Source: an uncultured Gemmatimonadaceae bacterium
GTDB lineage: Bacteria; Gemmatimonadota; Gemmatimonadetes; Gemmatimonadales; Gemmatimonadaceae
DNA length: 64,000 bases
Assembly (NCBI GenBank): GCA_963843845.1
Contig: CAWJMB010000002.1
Span: 2,080,001 to 2,144,000, forward strand
Direction: 5' to 3'
Shown: positions 39,742 through 50,055 of the stretch, piece by piece
How positions within the stretch are numbered: the first letter of the stretch is position 1
Layout: each line of letters begins with the position of its first letter
Notes under the pieces: generated by a model
Databases searched by the model: none
Seen by the model: the letters and a program-made list of their open reading frames with translations, nothing else
Told to the model about the DNA's origin: nothing
Translations under genes and position numbers: made by a program

Positions 39742-40005
39742 ATGACTAGCTATCGTGTCGAGATCCGCGTCGTCCCGCGCCGCGGCATCCTCGATCCGCA
39801 GGGGCAAGCCGTCGCCGGCGCGCTGCACTCGCTCGGCTTCGCCGGGGTAGGCGACGTGCGCGTCGGGCGGCACATCGTCCTCGAGACGCGCGCCGCGAGC
39901 GCCGACGACGCCGGTGCCGCCGCGCGCGCGATGTGTGAGCGTCTGCTCGCGAACCCGGTCACGGAAGACTTCGAGATCGAGCAGGTCGTTCCCTCGGCCG
40001 CGTGA
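39742..40005 (+). CDS. purS: FGAM synthase subunit PurS (alternative start 39709)
   Basis: [28 protein letters not shown]. Confidence 0.92.
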   Translation: MTSYRVEIRVVPRRGILDPQGQAVAGALHSLGFAGVGDVRVGRHIVLETRAASADDAGAAARAMCERLLANPVTEDFEIEQVVPSAA

Positions 40006-40012
40006 GGCGACG

Positions 40013-40705
40013 ATGAAGTTCGGAATCGTCACCTTCCCGGGCTCCAACTGCGACTACGACGCGTATCAGGCGGTCGTCGAGACGCTGGGGGAGCAGGCGG
40101 AGTACTTGTGGCACAAGGACCACGACCTGCGCGGATCGGATGTCGTCGTGCTGCCGGGCGGATTCAGCTACGGCGACTACCTGCGCGCCGGAGCGATCGC
40201 GCGTTTCAGCCCGATCATGACCGAGGTCGTCGCGCACGCCGCTCGCGGCGGACCGGTCCTCGCCATCTGCAACGGGTTCCAGATCGCCTGCGAGGCGGGT
40301 CTGCTTCCGGGGGCGCTGCTGCGCAACGCGAACCTCAAATTCGTGTGCGAGCAGACGCGGCTGCGAGTCGAGAGCGTCGACACGCGCTTCACCTCCGCGT
40401 ACGAGCCGGGTCAGCTCGTGCGCATCCCGGTAGCGCACGGCGAAGGTCGTTACGTGGCAGACGATGCGACGCTGGACCGACTGGAGGGTGACGGGCGCGT
40501 CGTCTTTCGCTACGTCGATGCGTCGGGCGCGCCGGCCGACCACGCCAATCCGAACGGCGCGCTCCGCGGTATCGCCGGCATCGTCAGCGACGCCGGCAAC
40601 GTGCTCGGCATGATGCCGCACCCCGAGCGCGCGGTCGACGCGCTCGTCGGTTCCGCAGACGGGCTGCCGATCTTCCGATCGCTCCTCGCGCGCGTCGCCG
40701 CCTAA
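40013..40705 (+). CDS. purQ: FGAM synthase glutaminase subunit PurQ
   Basis: [39 protein letters not shown]. Confidence 0.95.
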   Translation: MKFGIVTFPGSNCDYDAYQAVVETLGEQAEYLWHKDHDLRGSDVVVLPGGFSYGDYLRAGAIARFSPIMTEVVAHAARGGPVLAICNGFQIACEAGLLPGALLRNANLKFVCEQTRLRVESVDTRFTSAYEPGQLVRIPVAHGEGRYVADDATLDRLEGDGRVVFRYVDASGAPADHANPNGALRGIAGIVSDAGNVLGMMPHPERAVDALVGSADGLPIFRSLLARVAA

Positions 40706-40722
40706 CACTCTCGCACCCACCC

Positions 40723-41034
40723 ATGTCTCCGATCGAAGAGAAGCCGAGCCGCAACGAGGAGGAGTACTTCGCGCGCGAGAACGCGGAGCGCATCAAGGCG
40801 CTACGCGCACGCCTCGATGCCGAACGCGCCGCGAGCGAGCGGTCGTCGCACCACATGCGCTGCCCGCGGTGCGGCGGGCAGATGTCCGAGCGTGGATTTC
40901 ACAACATCCTCGTCGACGTGTGCGCCGATTGCGGCGGCACCTTCTTCGACAAAGGCGAGCTCGAGATGCTCGAGCACGTCGAGCCGAGCCGCGTGCGCGA
41001 CTTCGTCGGCGGCCTGTTCGGTCTGAAGCGCTGA
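40723..41034 (+). CDS. Small zinc-ribbon (zf-TFIIB-like) protein with N-terminal charged helix
   Basis: CPRCGG...DVCADCGGTFFDKGELE. Confidence 0.8.
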   Translation: MSPIEEKPSRNEEEYFARENAERIKALRARLDAERAASERSSHHMRCPRCGGQMSERGFHNILVDVCADCGGTFFDKGELEMLEHVEPSRVRDFVGGLFGLKR

Positions 41035-43344
41035 ATGACGCACGCGACCGTCGCCGTCCCGCAGCCTCGACCCGGCGACCCGGAGATCACGCCGGCGCTC
41101 GTCGCCGAGCACGGCCTCACCCCCGGCGAGTACGAGCGTCTCGTCACCATGCTCGGCCGCACGCCGACGTTCACGGAGCTCGGGGTCGTCAGCGCACTCT
41201 GGAACGAGCACTGCTCGTACAAGCATTCGCGCCCCGTGTTGCGGACCCTCCCGACCGAGGCGCCGTGGGTGCTGCAGGGGCCGGGTGAGAACGCCGGCGT
41301 CATCGCGGTCGGCGACGGGCTCGCTGTCGCGTTCAAGATCGAGTCGCACAACCATCCGTCGGCGGTCGAGCCGTATCAGGGCGCGGCGACCGGGGTCGGC
41401 GGGATTCTGCGCGACGTCTTCACGATGGGCGCGCGGCCGATCGCGCTGCTCGACTCGCTCCGATTCGGGTCGCTCGACCAGCCGCGCGTGCGCTATCTCT
41501 TCGGCGGCGTCGTGAAGGGGATCGGCGACTACGGCAACTGCGTCGGCATCCCGACGGTCGCCGGCGACGTGATGTTCGACCCCGCGTACGAGGGGAATCC
41601 GCTCGTCAACGCGATGTGCGTGGGCGTGATGCAGGAGCACGAGCTGATGCGCGCCGTCGCGCAGGGCGTCGGCAACCCGATTCTCGCCGTCGGAGCCCGT
41701 ACGGGGCGCGACGGCATTCACGGCGCGTCGTTCGCGTCCGAGGAGCTGAGCGAGGCGAGCGAGGCGAAGCGCCCGCGCGTGCAGGTCGGCGACCCGTTCA
41801 CCGAGAAGCTCCTGCTCGAAGCCTCGCTCGAGCTGATTCACTCCGGTCACATCGTCGCCATCCAGGACATGGGCGCGGCCGGCCTGACGTCGTCGTCCGC
41901 AGAGATGGCGGCGCGCGGCGACGTCGGCGTCGTGATCGACACGGCGCGCGTGCCGCAGCGCGAGGCGAACATGACCCCGTACGAGATCCTGCTGAGCGAG
42001 TCGCAGGAGCGGATGCTCGTCGTCGCGAAGCTCGGGCACGAGGCGGACGTGGTGGCGATCCTCGAGAAATGGGACCTCACGGCCGCCGTCATCGGGGAAG
42101 TCATCGCCGAGCCCGTGTATCGTGTCATGGAGGGCGAGACGCTCGTCGCCGAGTTCCCCGGCACGAAGCTCGTCACCGACTGCCCCGTGTACTACCCGGA
42201 GGCACGAGAGAGTGACGCCATCCGCCGCCTGCGCGAGACCGACGTCGACGCGATCGCCGAGCGCGCCGACGAGGCCGATCCGATGTGGACGCTCGAGCAT
42301 CTGCTCGCGTCGCCGACTATCGCGTCGAAGCGGTGGATCTATCGGCAGTACGACCACATGGTGCGCACGAACACGGTCGTCGGGCCCGGCGGCGACGCGG
42401 CCGTGGTACGGCTCCGCGGCACCGACCGCGCGCTCGCGCTGAAGACCGATTGCAATGGCCGCTACGTCTACCTCGATCCGCGCACGGGCGGACAGGCCGC
42501 GGTCGTCGAGGCAGCGCGGAACGTCGCCTGCACCGGGGGTCGTCCCAAGGCGATCACGAACAACCTGAACTTCGGAAGTCCGAAGCGCCCCGAGGTGTTC
42601 TTCCAGTTCCGCGAGGCGGTCGGCGGTATGGGTGAGGCGTGCCGCGCACTGCAGACGCCGGTGACCGGCGGCAATGTGTCGTTCTACAACGAGAGCCCGA
42701 TCAGCTCGGTATACCCGACGCCGGTGGTCGGCATGGTCGGGCTCGTAGAGTCGCTCGCGCACGTCACCCGCGCGACGTTCCGCTCGCCGGGCGATACGGT
42801 CGTCCTGCTCGGGGAGTGCCTCGACGAGCTCGGCGGAAGCGAGTACCTGGCGCGCGTGCACGGCGTGGTCGCCGGCCAGCCGCCACGCGTCGATCTCGAC
42901 GGGGAGCGGCGCCTCGTCGATGCGTTGCTGGCCGCGATCGCCGCGGGCCACGTCAACTCAGCGCACGACTGCAGCGACGGCGGGCTCGCCGTGGCGCTCG
43001 CCGAGTGCTGCATGGCCGATCCCGATGCCCAGACCGGCGCCGACGTCGAGCTCTCTCCGTGGTCGGCGCTGCCGACCCGGACGCTGCTCTTCGGCGAGTC
43101 ACACGGCCGGATCATCGTCTCCACGAGTCGCGCCGAGGCAGTACTGGCCGTCGCGCGCGAGCACGGGGTGCCCGCGCGCTCGATCGGGCACGTGACCGGC
43201 GCCGCGAACGGTCTGACGATCCGGGTGGGCGACGTGGCCCACACGCGTGCGATCGACCGACTCGCGCGCGCCTACCACGATGCGATTCCGTCGATCATGA
43301 ACACCGCCGCGAGCGCGGTGGTGGGCGAGGGAGCAGAGGCCTAA
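41035..43344 (+). CDS. purL: FGAM synthase subunit PurL
   Basis: WNEHCSYK, KIESHNHPS, TGRDGIHGA, QDMGAAG, SESQERM, GGNVSFYN, HDCSDGG. Confidence 0.96.
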   Translation: MTHATVAVPQPRPGDPEITPALVAEHGLTPGEYERLVTMLGRTPTFTELGVVSALWNEHCSYKHSRPVLRTLPTEAPWVLQGPGENAGVIAVGDGLAVAFKIESHNHPSAVEPYQGAATGVGGILRDVFTMGARPIALLDSLRFGSLDQPRVRYLFGGVVKGIGDYGNCVGIPTVAGDVMFDPAYEGNPLVNAMCVGVMQEHELMRAVAQGVGNPILAVGARTGRDGIHGASFASEELSEASEAKRPRVQVGDPFTEKLLLEASLELIHSGHIVAIQDMGAAGLTSSSAEMAARGDVGVVIDTARVPQREANMTPYEILLSESQERMLVVAKLGHEADVVAILEKWDLTAAVIGEVIAEPVYRVMEGETLVAEFPGTKLVTDCPVYYPEARESDAIRRLRETDVDAIAERADEADPMWTLEHLLASPTIASKRWIYRQYDHMVRTNTVVGPGGDAAVVRLRGTDRALALKTDCNGRYVYLDPRTGGQAAVVEAARNVACTGGRPKAITNNLNFGSPKRPEVFFQFREAVGGMGEACRALQTPVTGGNVSFYNESPISSVYPTPVVGMVGLVESLAHVTRATFRSPGDTVVLLGECLDELGGSEYLARVHGVVAGQPPRVDLDGERRLVDALLAAIAAGHVNSAHDCSDGGLAVALAECCMADPDAQTGADVELSPWSALPTRTLLFGESHGRIIVSTSRAEAVLAVAREHGVPARSIGHVTGAANGLTIRVGDVAHTRAIDRLARAYHDAIPSIMNTAASAVVGEGAEA

Positions 43345-43346
43345 CG

Positions 43347-44729
43347 ATGTGCGGCATCTTCGGAATCCGCGGTCACGCTGACGCCGCGGCGCTCACGCAC
43401 CTGGGCCTCTATTCGCTGCAGCACCGTGGGCAGGAGTCGGCGGGTATCGCCGCCGTCGACGACCTCGGCGTCGCGCACGGCGTGAAGCGCATGGGGCTCG
43501 TGAGCGACGGCCTCAGCAAGGGGGAGATGGGCTCGCTCGCCGGGGCGCTCGCGATCGGGCACACGCGCTACAGCACGGCGGGGTCGTCGACGATCGAGAA
43601 CGCGCAGCCCGTGCTCGCCCGCTCCCGCGGCGGTCACATCGCGCTCGCGCACAACGGCAACCTCACGAACGCGACCGAACTGCGATTCGAGCTCGAGGAG
43701 GGGGGCGCGATCTTCCAGTCGTCGATGGACAGCGAGGTGCTGGTGCACCGCATCGCGCGCTCCAACGCGGCGACACCCATCGAGCGCGTCGCCGAGGCGC
43801 TGCAAGGGGTCGAGGGCGCGTACTGTCTGCTCATCGCGATCGGCGACACGCTCATCGCTGCGCGCGATCCGCGCGGCTGGCGTCCGCTCGTGCTCGGCGA
43901 CCTGAATGGCGCCGCGGTGTTCGCCTCGGAAACGTGTGCGTTCGACATCGTCGGCGCGACGTACGTGCGCGAGGTCGAGCCCGGCGAGGTCCTCGCCATC
44001 ACGCCCGACGGGGTCGTGTCGTCGCGCCCGTTCCCGGCGCGTGCGCTGCACCGCTGCGTCTTCGAGCACGTGTACTTCGCGCGCCCGGACAGCCGCGTCT
44101 TCGGCGGCGTCGTCGACCGCTCGCGGCGCGAACTGGGGCGGCGCCTCGCACGTGAGAGCCCCGCGCCGTCGGCCGACCTCGTGTTCAGCGTCCCCGACAG
44201 CTCGAACTCCGCCGCGCTGGGCTTCGCGGAGGAGGCGGGGATCCCGTTCGAGCTCGCGCTGATCCGGAACCATTACGTCGGCCGCACGTTCATCCAGCCG
44301 ACGCAGGGCGACCGTGACTCGAAGGTGAAGGTCAAGTACAACGCCGTCCGCGACGTGCTCGATGGGCGTAGCGTCGTCATGGTCGACGACTCGATCGTTC
44401 GCGGCACGACGACGCGTGGCCTCGTCGCGATGGTGCGCGCGGCGGGAGCGCGCGAGGTGCACATGCGCGTCAGCTCGGCGCCCATCACGGGGCCGTGCTA
44501 CTACGGGATCGACACGCCGAACCGCGAGGAGCTCATCGCGGCGAACAACTCGGTCGACGAGATCGCGGCACACATCGGCGTCGACTCGTTAGGCTACCTG
44601 TCGCTCGACGGGATGCTGCAGTCCGTGCCCAACGGTCCTCAGGGTTTCTGCCATGCATGCTTCTCAGGGGACTACCCCACCCCGCCGCCCACCGACCCCG
44701 ACAAGCTCCGGTTCGGGTGTGGATGTTGA
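43347..44729 (+). CDS. purF: Amidophosphoribosyltransferase
   Basis: N-terminal MCGIFG, QHRGQE, GHTRYST, HNGNL, VDDSIVRGTT, C-terminal Fe-S cysteines. Confidence 0.96.
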   Translation: MCGIFGIRGHADAAALTHLGLYSLQHRGQESAGIAAVDDLGVAHGVKRMGLVSDGLSKGEMGSLAGALAIGHTRYSTAGSSTIENAQPVLARSRGGHIALAHNGNLTNATELRFELEEGGAIFQSSMDSEVLVHRIARSNAATPIERVAEALQGVEGAYCLLIAIGDTLIAARDPRGWRPLVLGDLNGAAVFASETCAFDIVGATYVREVEPGEVLAITPDGVVSSRPFPARALHRCVFEHVYFARPDSRVFGGVVDRSRRELGRRLARESPAPSADLVFSVPDSSNSAALGFAEEAGIPFELALIRNHYVGRTFIQPTQGDRDSKVKVKYNAVRDVLDGRSVVMVDDSIVRGTTTRGLVAMVRAAGAREVHMRVSSAPITGPCYYGIDTPNREELIAANNSVDEIAAHIGVDSLGYLSLDGMLQSVPNGPQGFCHACFSGDYPTPPPTDPDKLRFGCGC

Positions 44730-44730
44730 G

Positions 44731-47490
44731 GTGACCGACGAGCCTCGTGACGCCGCGCTCGACGCCGGTCGCGGAGGCTCCGACGACCGGGTCCCGCTCC
44801 CTGGGTCCCGGATGGTGTATTTCTTCGGCGCCGGCGCCGCCGAAGGAACGAAGGAGATGCGTGCGGAGCTCGGCGGCAAGGGCGCGAACCTCGCCGAGAT
44901 GACGAACCTTGGCGTGCCGGTGCCGCCGGGGTTCACGATCGCCTGCGCGGCGTGCATGACGTACCTGCGCGAGCGTACGGTGCCGCAGGCACTGCGAAGC
45001 GAGGTCACCGCCGCGATGCAGCGGCTGGAAGCGACGACCGGAAAGCGCTTCGGTGATTCCGAGCGTCCGCTGCTCGTCTCCGTGCGCTCCGGCGCGGCCG
45101 TGTCGATGCCGGGCATGATGGAGACGATCCTGAACCTCGGGCTGAACGACCACGCGGTGGACGCGCTCGCACGGCAGAGCGGTAACGCGCGGTTCGCGTA
45201 CGACTCGTACCGGCGCTTCATCCAGATGTACGGCGACGTGGTGTTGGGCGTGCCCGCGTCCCGCTTCGAGCAACTGCTCGCCGCGAAGCGGCTGACGGCG
45301 AATGTCGAGACCGACGCCGAGCTGTCGGAGACGGTCCTGCGGACGCTCGTCGACGAGTACAAGGCCCTCGTCCGCAACACGACGCACGCCGAGTTCCCGA
45401 ACGACCCGACGGTGCAGCTGTGGGGCGCCGTCGAGGCGGTGTGGCGCTCGTGGACGTTGAAGAAAGCGATCGACTACCGCCGCGTGAACGCGATCCCCGA
45501 CGACCTCGGCACCGGCGTGAACGTCGTCTCGATGGTCTTCGGCAACATGGGCGACGACTCCGGCACCGGCGTCGCGTTCACGCGCGACCCCTCGACCGGC
45601 GAGCGGAAGTTCTACGGCGAGTTCCTCGTCAACGCGCAGGGCGAGGACGTCGTCGCGGGCATCCGCACACCCCTCGACATCGCCGAGATGGCGGTACGGC
45701 TCCCGACGGCGTACACGGAGCTGCTGGAGACGCAGCGACGGCTCGAGCAGCACTTCCGCGAGATGCAGGACATCGAGTTCACGGTCGAGCGCGGGAAGCT
45801 CTATCTCCTGCAGACGCGCACGGGGAAGCGCGCCGCCGCCGCCGCCGTGCGCATCGCCGACGACATGGTCGGCGAGGGGCTGATCTCGCGCGAGGAGGCC
45901 GTGCGGCGCGTCCAGCCCGCGCAGCTCGACCAGCTGCTGCACCCGATCATCGACCCGGGCGTGCGCGCGGTGCCGATCGCCACCGGCCTCCCGGCGAGTC
46001 CCGGTGCGGCGAGCGGCGTCGCCGTGTTCGATCCGGACATCGCCGAGCAGCGCGCGGCGGCTGGCGACGCGGTCGTGCTGGTGCGTGAGGAGACGACGCC
46101 CGAGGACTTCCACGGCATCGTCGCCGCGCGCGCGGTGCTCACGGCACGCGGGGGCATGACGAGCCACGCGGCCGTGGTGGCGCGCGGAATGGGCAAGTGC
46201 GCGATCGTCGGCTGCAAGGAGATCCGCGTCGACGCGGAGCACCGTCGCTTCACGGCCGGCGCGACGACGATCCACGAAGGCGAGTGGATCACGCTGGACG
46301 GCGCGACGGGACGGGTCTTCGCCGGTCAGCTCCCGACCGTCCCGAGCGAGATCGTGCGCGTCGTCGCCGGGCAGCTCGATGCGCGGCAGGCGCCGACGTA
46401 TCGCGCGTTCGCAGACGTGTTGGGCTGGGGCGACGAAATGCGCCGGCTGCGGGTGCGCGCGAACGCCGACACGCCCAAGGACGCCCGGATCGCGCGCGCG
46501 TTCGGCGCCGAAGGCATCGGGCTCTGTCGCACCGAGCACATGTTCTTCGAGGGCGATCGCATCACCGCGATGCGCGAGATGATCGTCGCACGCGACGAGG
46601 GCGGGCGCCGCCGGGCACTCGCCAAGCTGCTGCCGATGCAGCGCGCCGACTTCGAGGGGATCTTCGAGGCGATGGACGGCTACCCGGTGACCATTCGCCT
46701 CCTCGACCCGCCGCTCCACGAGTTCCTGCCGCACGGCGGCGAGGAATCGAAGATGCTGGCGCGCACGTTGGGCATCCCGCGCGAGCAGCTGAACCGTATC
46801 GTCGACGATCTCCGCGAATCGAACCCGATGCTCGGCCACCGCGGCTGCCGGCTCGGCGTGACATACCCGGAGATCACCGAGATGCAGGCGCGAGCGATCT
46901 TCGAGGCGGCCGTCCGCGCCACGCGTCGCGGGATCGACGTGCGACCGGAGATCATGATCCCGCTCGTCGCGACCGTGCGCGAGTTCGATCATCAGCGCGC
47001 GATCGTCGTGCGCGTAGCGAACGACGTCCTCGGCGCGATGGGCGTGTCGGTCGATTACCTCGTCGGCACGATGATCGAGCTCCCGCGCGCGGCGCTGACC
47101 GCCGACGAGATCGCCGTGACCGCCGAGTTCTTCTCCTTCGGAACGAACGATCTGACGCAGACGGTCCTCGGCCTCTCGCGCGACGACGCGGGACGCTTCC
47201 TGCCGACTTACGTCGAGCAGGGAATCCTTCCCGACGACCCGTTCCAGGTGCTCGACGAGGCCGGCGTCGGCAAGCTCATTCGCCGCGCCGTCTACGACGG
47301 CCGAGCGGTGCGCGACACTCTCAAGGTCGGCGTGTGCGGCGAGCACGGCGGCGAGCCGAAGTCAGTTCGGTTCTTTCACCGCAGCGGCTTCGATTACGTC
47401 TCGTGCTCGCCGTTCCGCGTCCCGGTCGCGCGGCTCGCCGCGGCACACGCGGCGCTCGACGGCGCGCCGGTGGTCGGACGCAGCGCGTGA
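44731..47490 (+). CDS. ppdK: Pyruvate, phosphate dikinase (alternative start ATG 44812)
   Basis: LGGKGANLAEM, VSVRSGA..SMPGMM, GGMTSHAAVVARG, GIGLCRTEHMFF, SFGTNDLTQ, CGEHGG. Confidence 0.96.
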   Translation: MTDEPRDAALDAGRGGSDDRVPLPGSRMVYFFGAGAAEGTKEMRAELGGKGANLAEMTNLGVPVPPGFTIACAACMTYLRERTVPQALRSEVTAAMQRLEATTGKRFGDSERPLLVSVRSGAAVSMPGMMETILNLGLNDHAVDALARQSGNARFAYDSYRRFIQMYGDVVLGVPASRFEQLLAAKRLTANVETDAELSETVLRTLVDEYKALVRNTTHAEFPNDPTVQLWGAVEAVWRSWTLKKAIDYRRVNAIPDDLGTGVNVVSMVFGNMGDDSGTGVAFTRDPSTGERKFYGEFLVNAQGEDVVAGIRTPLDIAEMAVRLPTAYTELLETQRRLEQHFREMQDIEFTVERGKLYLLQTRTGKRAAAAAVRIADDMVGEGLISREEAVRRVQPAQLDQLLHPIIDPGVRAVPIATGLPASPGAASGVAVFDPDIAEQRAAAGDAVVLVREETTPEDFHGIVAARAVLTARGGMTSHAAVVARGMGKCAIVGCKEIRVDAEHRRFTAGATTIHEGEWITLDGATGRVFAGQLPTVPSEIVRVVAGQLDARQAPTYRAFADVLGWGDEMRRLRVRANADTPKDARIARAFGAEGIGLCRTEHMFFEGDRITAMREMIVARDEGGRRRALAKLLPMQRADFEGIFEAMDGYPVTIRLLDPPLHEFLPHGGEESKMLARTLGIPREQLNRIVDDLRESNPMLGHRGCRLGVTYPEITEMQARAIFEAAVRATRRGIDVRPEIMIPLVATVREFDHQRAIVVRVANDVLGAMGVSVDYLVGTMIELPRAALTADEIAVTAEFFSFGTNDLTQTVLGLSRDDAGRFLPTYVEQGILPDDPFQVLDEAGVGKLIRRAVYDGRAVRDTLKVGVCGEHGGEPKSVRFFHRSGFDYVSCSPFRVPVARLAAAHAALDGAPVVGRSA

Positions 47491-47532
47491 AAACGAACGC
47501 GGGCGGCTCAGATGCTGAGCCGCCCGCGTTCG
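47490..47532. terminator. Intrinsic terminator between convergent ppdK and ssrA
   Basis: Perfect 18-bp stem CGAACGCGGGCGGCTCAG / CTGAGCCGCCCGCGTTCG with 3-nt loop; T-tract on the minus strand. Confidence 0.85.
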
Positions 47533-47535
47533 CGA

Positions 47536-47891
47536 TGGAGGTGAGGGGAGTCGAACCCCTGTCCGAGACTAGATCGACCACGGTCTCTACGTGCGTATCC
47601 TGTCGATTGGTGTTCCCGACGGCTGGCCGACAGGCCGCCTACCGGCAGGTGAGCCTCCTAGAATTTCGCCCGCCGCCGGGAGACACACCGACGGGCTAGC
47701 CCAGATTTCCGATACTCACGCACCGCCCCGGGCGGGCTGCGACGTGAGCACTGCTACGTAACCCTTACAGGTTAGGCAGCGAGAGCCAGGTTGTTGTTGG
47801 CAGTTGGATTTTTCCCGAGTGTTTTACCAGGACTCAGGACCTGAGCACGCAACCACGGCTTCACCAACCCCGTCGAAGCCAGGTCACCCCC
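47536..47891 (-). ncRNA. ssrA: tmRNA; tag peptide ANNNLALAA* (47801-47772)
   Basis: 5' GGGGGTGACCTGGCTTCGAC; 3' GGACAGGGGTTCGACTCCCCTCACCTCCA; acceptor stem with G3:U wobble; ALAA-ending tag; CCA not encoded; upstream -10 TAGATT. Confidence 0.95.
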
Positions 47892-47920
47892 GTGCACTGC
47901 AATCTAGCGCGTTCGGCGCT

Positions 47921-48912
47921 TCATGCCACCGCCGGCTCGTACGTCGCCAGGTAGCGCTCGAAAATCCCCTCGACTTCCCCGAAGGTGCTGACGGCGTGCA
48001 GCTCCTTTCTGAGCTCGCCGGAGTTCGGCAACCCCTTCGCGTACCAGCCGAGGTGTTTGCGGAATTCGATCGCCGCGCCGCGCGGATCGGTCTCGTAGGC
48101 CTCGACCATGCGCGCGTGCTCCACGGCGATCGCGAACCGCTCGGCCACGCCTGGCGTCGCCGGGACGGGCGCGCCGGCCAGCATCGCCGTCGCCTGCGCG
48201 AAGATCCACGGCTGTCCGTACGACCCTCGGCCGATCATCACCGCCGCGCAGTTCGTCATCCGGTGCATGCGAACGACGTCGTCGGGCGTCTTGATGTCGC
48301 CGTTGCCGATCACCGGCACGTCGAGCGCTTCGACGACGGCCGCGATCTCCTCCCATCGGGCGTGGCCGGTGTACATCTGCGTGCGCGTCCGGGCGTGAAG
48401 CGTGAACGCGCGCGCGCCAGCGTCCTGCATGCGCAGCGCGATGCCGACCGGATCGCGCGTCTCCTCGTTCCAGCCGCTGCGCATCTTCACCGTCACCGGC
48501 AGGTGCGTGCTGCGCACGACCGCGCGGATGATCTCCTCGACGAGCGCCAGGTCCTTCAGGCACCCCGAGCCGCCGTTGCGCTGCACGACTTTCTTGACCG
48601 GGCAGCCGAAGTTGATGTCGATGAACTCCGGCTGGAACACGTCCGTCACCAGCGCCGCGGCCTCCCCCATGGCGACCGCGGATCGGCGCCGAAGATCTGC
48701 ACGCCGATCGGCCGCTCATCGGCGCCGAAACGCAGCTTCTCGACCGTGGCCGGATTCTCGCGACGAATACCCTCCGCCGACAGAAACTCCGTCACGACGA
48801 CGTCCGCTCCGTGGCGACGGCAGAGCCGACGGAACGGCGACTCCGACACCCCGGCCATCGGTGCCAGATAGAGCGGCACCCGGGCGGCGACAGGGAACGG
48901 AAAGCTGGGCAT
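47921..48912 (-). CDS. dusB: tRNA-dihydrouridine synthase DusB-like; one frameshift near 48680
   Basis: LAPMAGVS, GVQIFG, IDINFGCPVKKV, VTVKMRSGW, LHARTR, IGNGDI, VMIGRG. Confidence 0.92.
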
Positions 48913-48917
48913 CCCGA

Positions 48918-49006
48918 AACGTATCCCAAGCGCCAACTCGCTGCAATGTCACGAGTTAGCACATGTCGGCCGGCGCCTTGCCGGGCGTTCCGCGCGCGGG
49001 TAGCTT
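48918..49006. promoter_or_regulatory. Divergent promoters for dusB and the PTS IIA gene
   Basis: Minus strand: TTGCAG-N17-TACGTT-N5-ATG. Plus strand: TTGCCG(48978)-N17-TAGCTT(49001), then GAGGA SD. Confidence 0.55.
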
Positions 49007-49033
49007 CGGTCGATCTATCTCCAGAGGACGTCG

Positions 49034-49487
49034 ATGGAATTGCGCGAGTTTTTTTCCGAGGACGCTGTTCAGCTCGACCTCGCAGGCACGACCAAGGACG
49101 ACATCCTCAAGGAACTCATCGGGCTCCTCAAGCTCGACGAGAAGTCGGAGGGGATGCTGTTCAAGATGCTCAAGCGCCGCGAGAACCTCGGCTCGACGGG
49201 GATCGGGCGTGGGATCGCGATTCCGCACTGCCGATCGCTGGTCGTGAACAAGCTGCGCGTCGCGTTCGGACGCAAGCCGGACGGGGTCGACTTCAAGGCG
49301 ATCGACGAGAAGCCCGTCAACTTCTTCTTCCTCATCGTCGCGCCGCCGCTCGAAGTCTCGAATCAGTATCTGCCGGTCCTCGGCAAGATCGCGCAGTTCA
49401 GCAAGGAGCCCGACGTGCCGGCGCGGCTGCTGTCGATCGGCGAGCCGCGCGAGTTCATGGACGCTGCTGCGAGAGAAGGGCGTCTGA
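49034..49487 (+). CDS. PTS IIA (PtsN/fructose-type) protein; an apparent 1-nt insertion near 49460 hides the true stop
   Basis: RENLGSTGIGRGIAIPH, GVDFKAIDEKPV; removing one G gives EFMTLLREKGV* at TGA 49485-49487. Confidence 0.88.
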
Positions 49488-49503
49488 CGCCGCGACCGCG
49501 GGC

Positions 49504-50017
49504 TCACCCCCGCAGCACGACGAGGAGACCGAGCCCCGGCACCGCGCACACGGCGAGGACCGCGAACGCCAGGTTCATCCCCCGCACCCCCACCGACGCC
49601 CCGAACGTCGCACGGGCCGCGAACACGGGGATCCGTAGCGCGAAGAGCGCGGCGAGCAGCGCGAAGGCGAACGCGTGGACGTGGAGCGCGAACGTGAGGT
49701 GCGCCGGATACCGCCGGCGCGCGCCGGACGGAACGCCGAACCGGAACGCCGCGAGGACGAGCGACACGTAGGCGGGGACGAGCAGGAAGACCGCCTGCGG
49801 CAGCGCGTTCGTCACCGCGCGCTCGAGACGGGCGTGAGCTTCCCCCCCCTCGCGCGTCGACTGATGAGCCGGCGCTGGATGGCGCCGCGCCGCAGTTCGC
49901 GCACGCGCCTCGACGCGGCGGGTTCGGCCCGGCTTCCGGGTCGGCCGGCAGCGCGGCCGCGTCACCCGACCGAGCCGGCGCCGCGAAGCGGCGTGGTCCC
50001 GTCGTCTCGTGGGTCAT
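49504..50017 (-). pseudogene. Probable internally deleted DUF3667-type membrane protein
   Basis: N-terminal CANCG half zinc finger, a frameshift at the poly-C near 49845, then LPQAVFLLVP...YPAHLTFALHVHAF; central conserved block appears absent. Confidence 0.45.
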
Positions 50018-50055
50018 GGGGGACGAAGCGCGGATGTGCGTCCGACCACAGACGC

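Noticed and set aside
47536..47570. tRNA-like T-arm and acceptor sequence
   Set aside because: It is the 3' end of the tmRNA, not a separate tRNA.
49034..49771. PTS IIA with a long C-terminal extension
   Set aside because: One extra base near 49460 explains the read-through; the natural stop is at 49485-49487.
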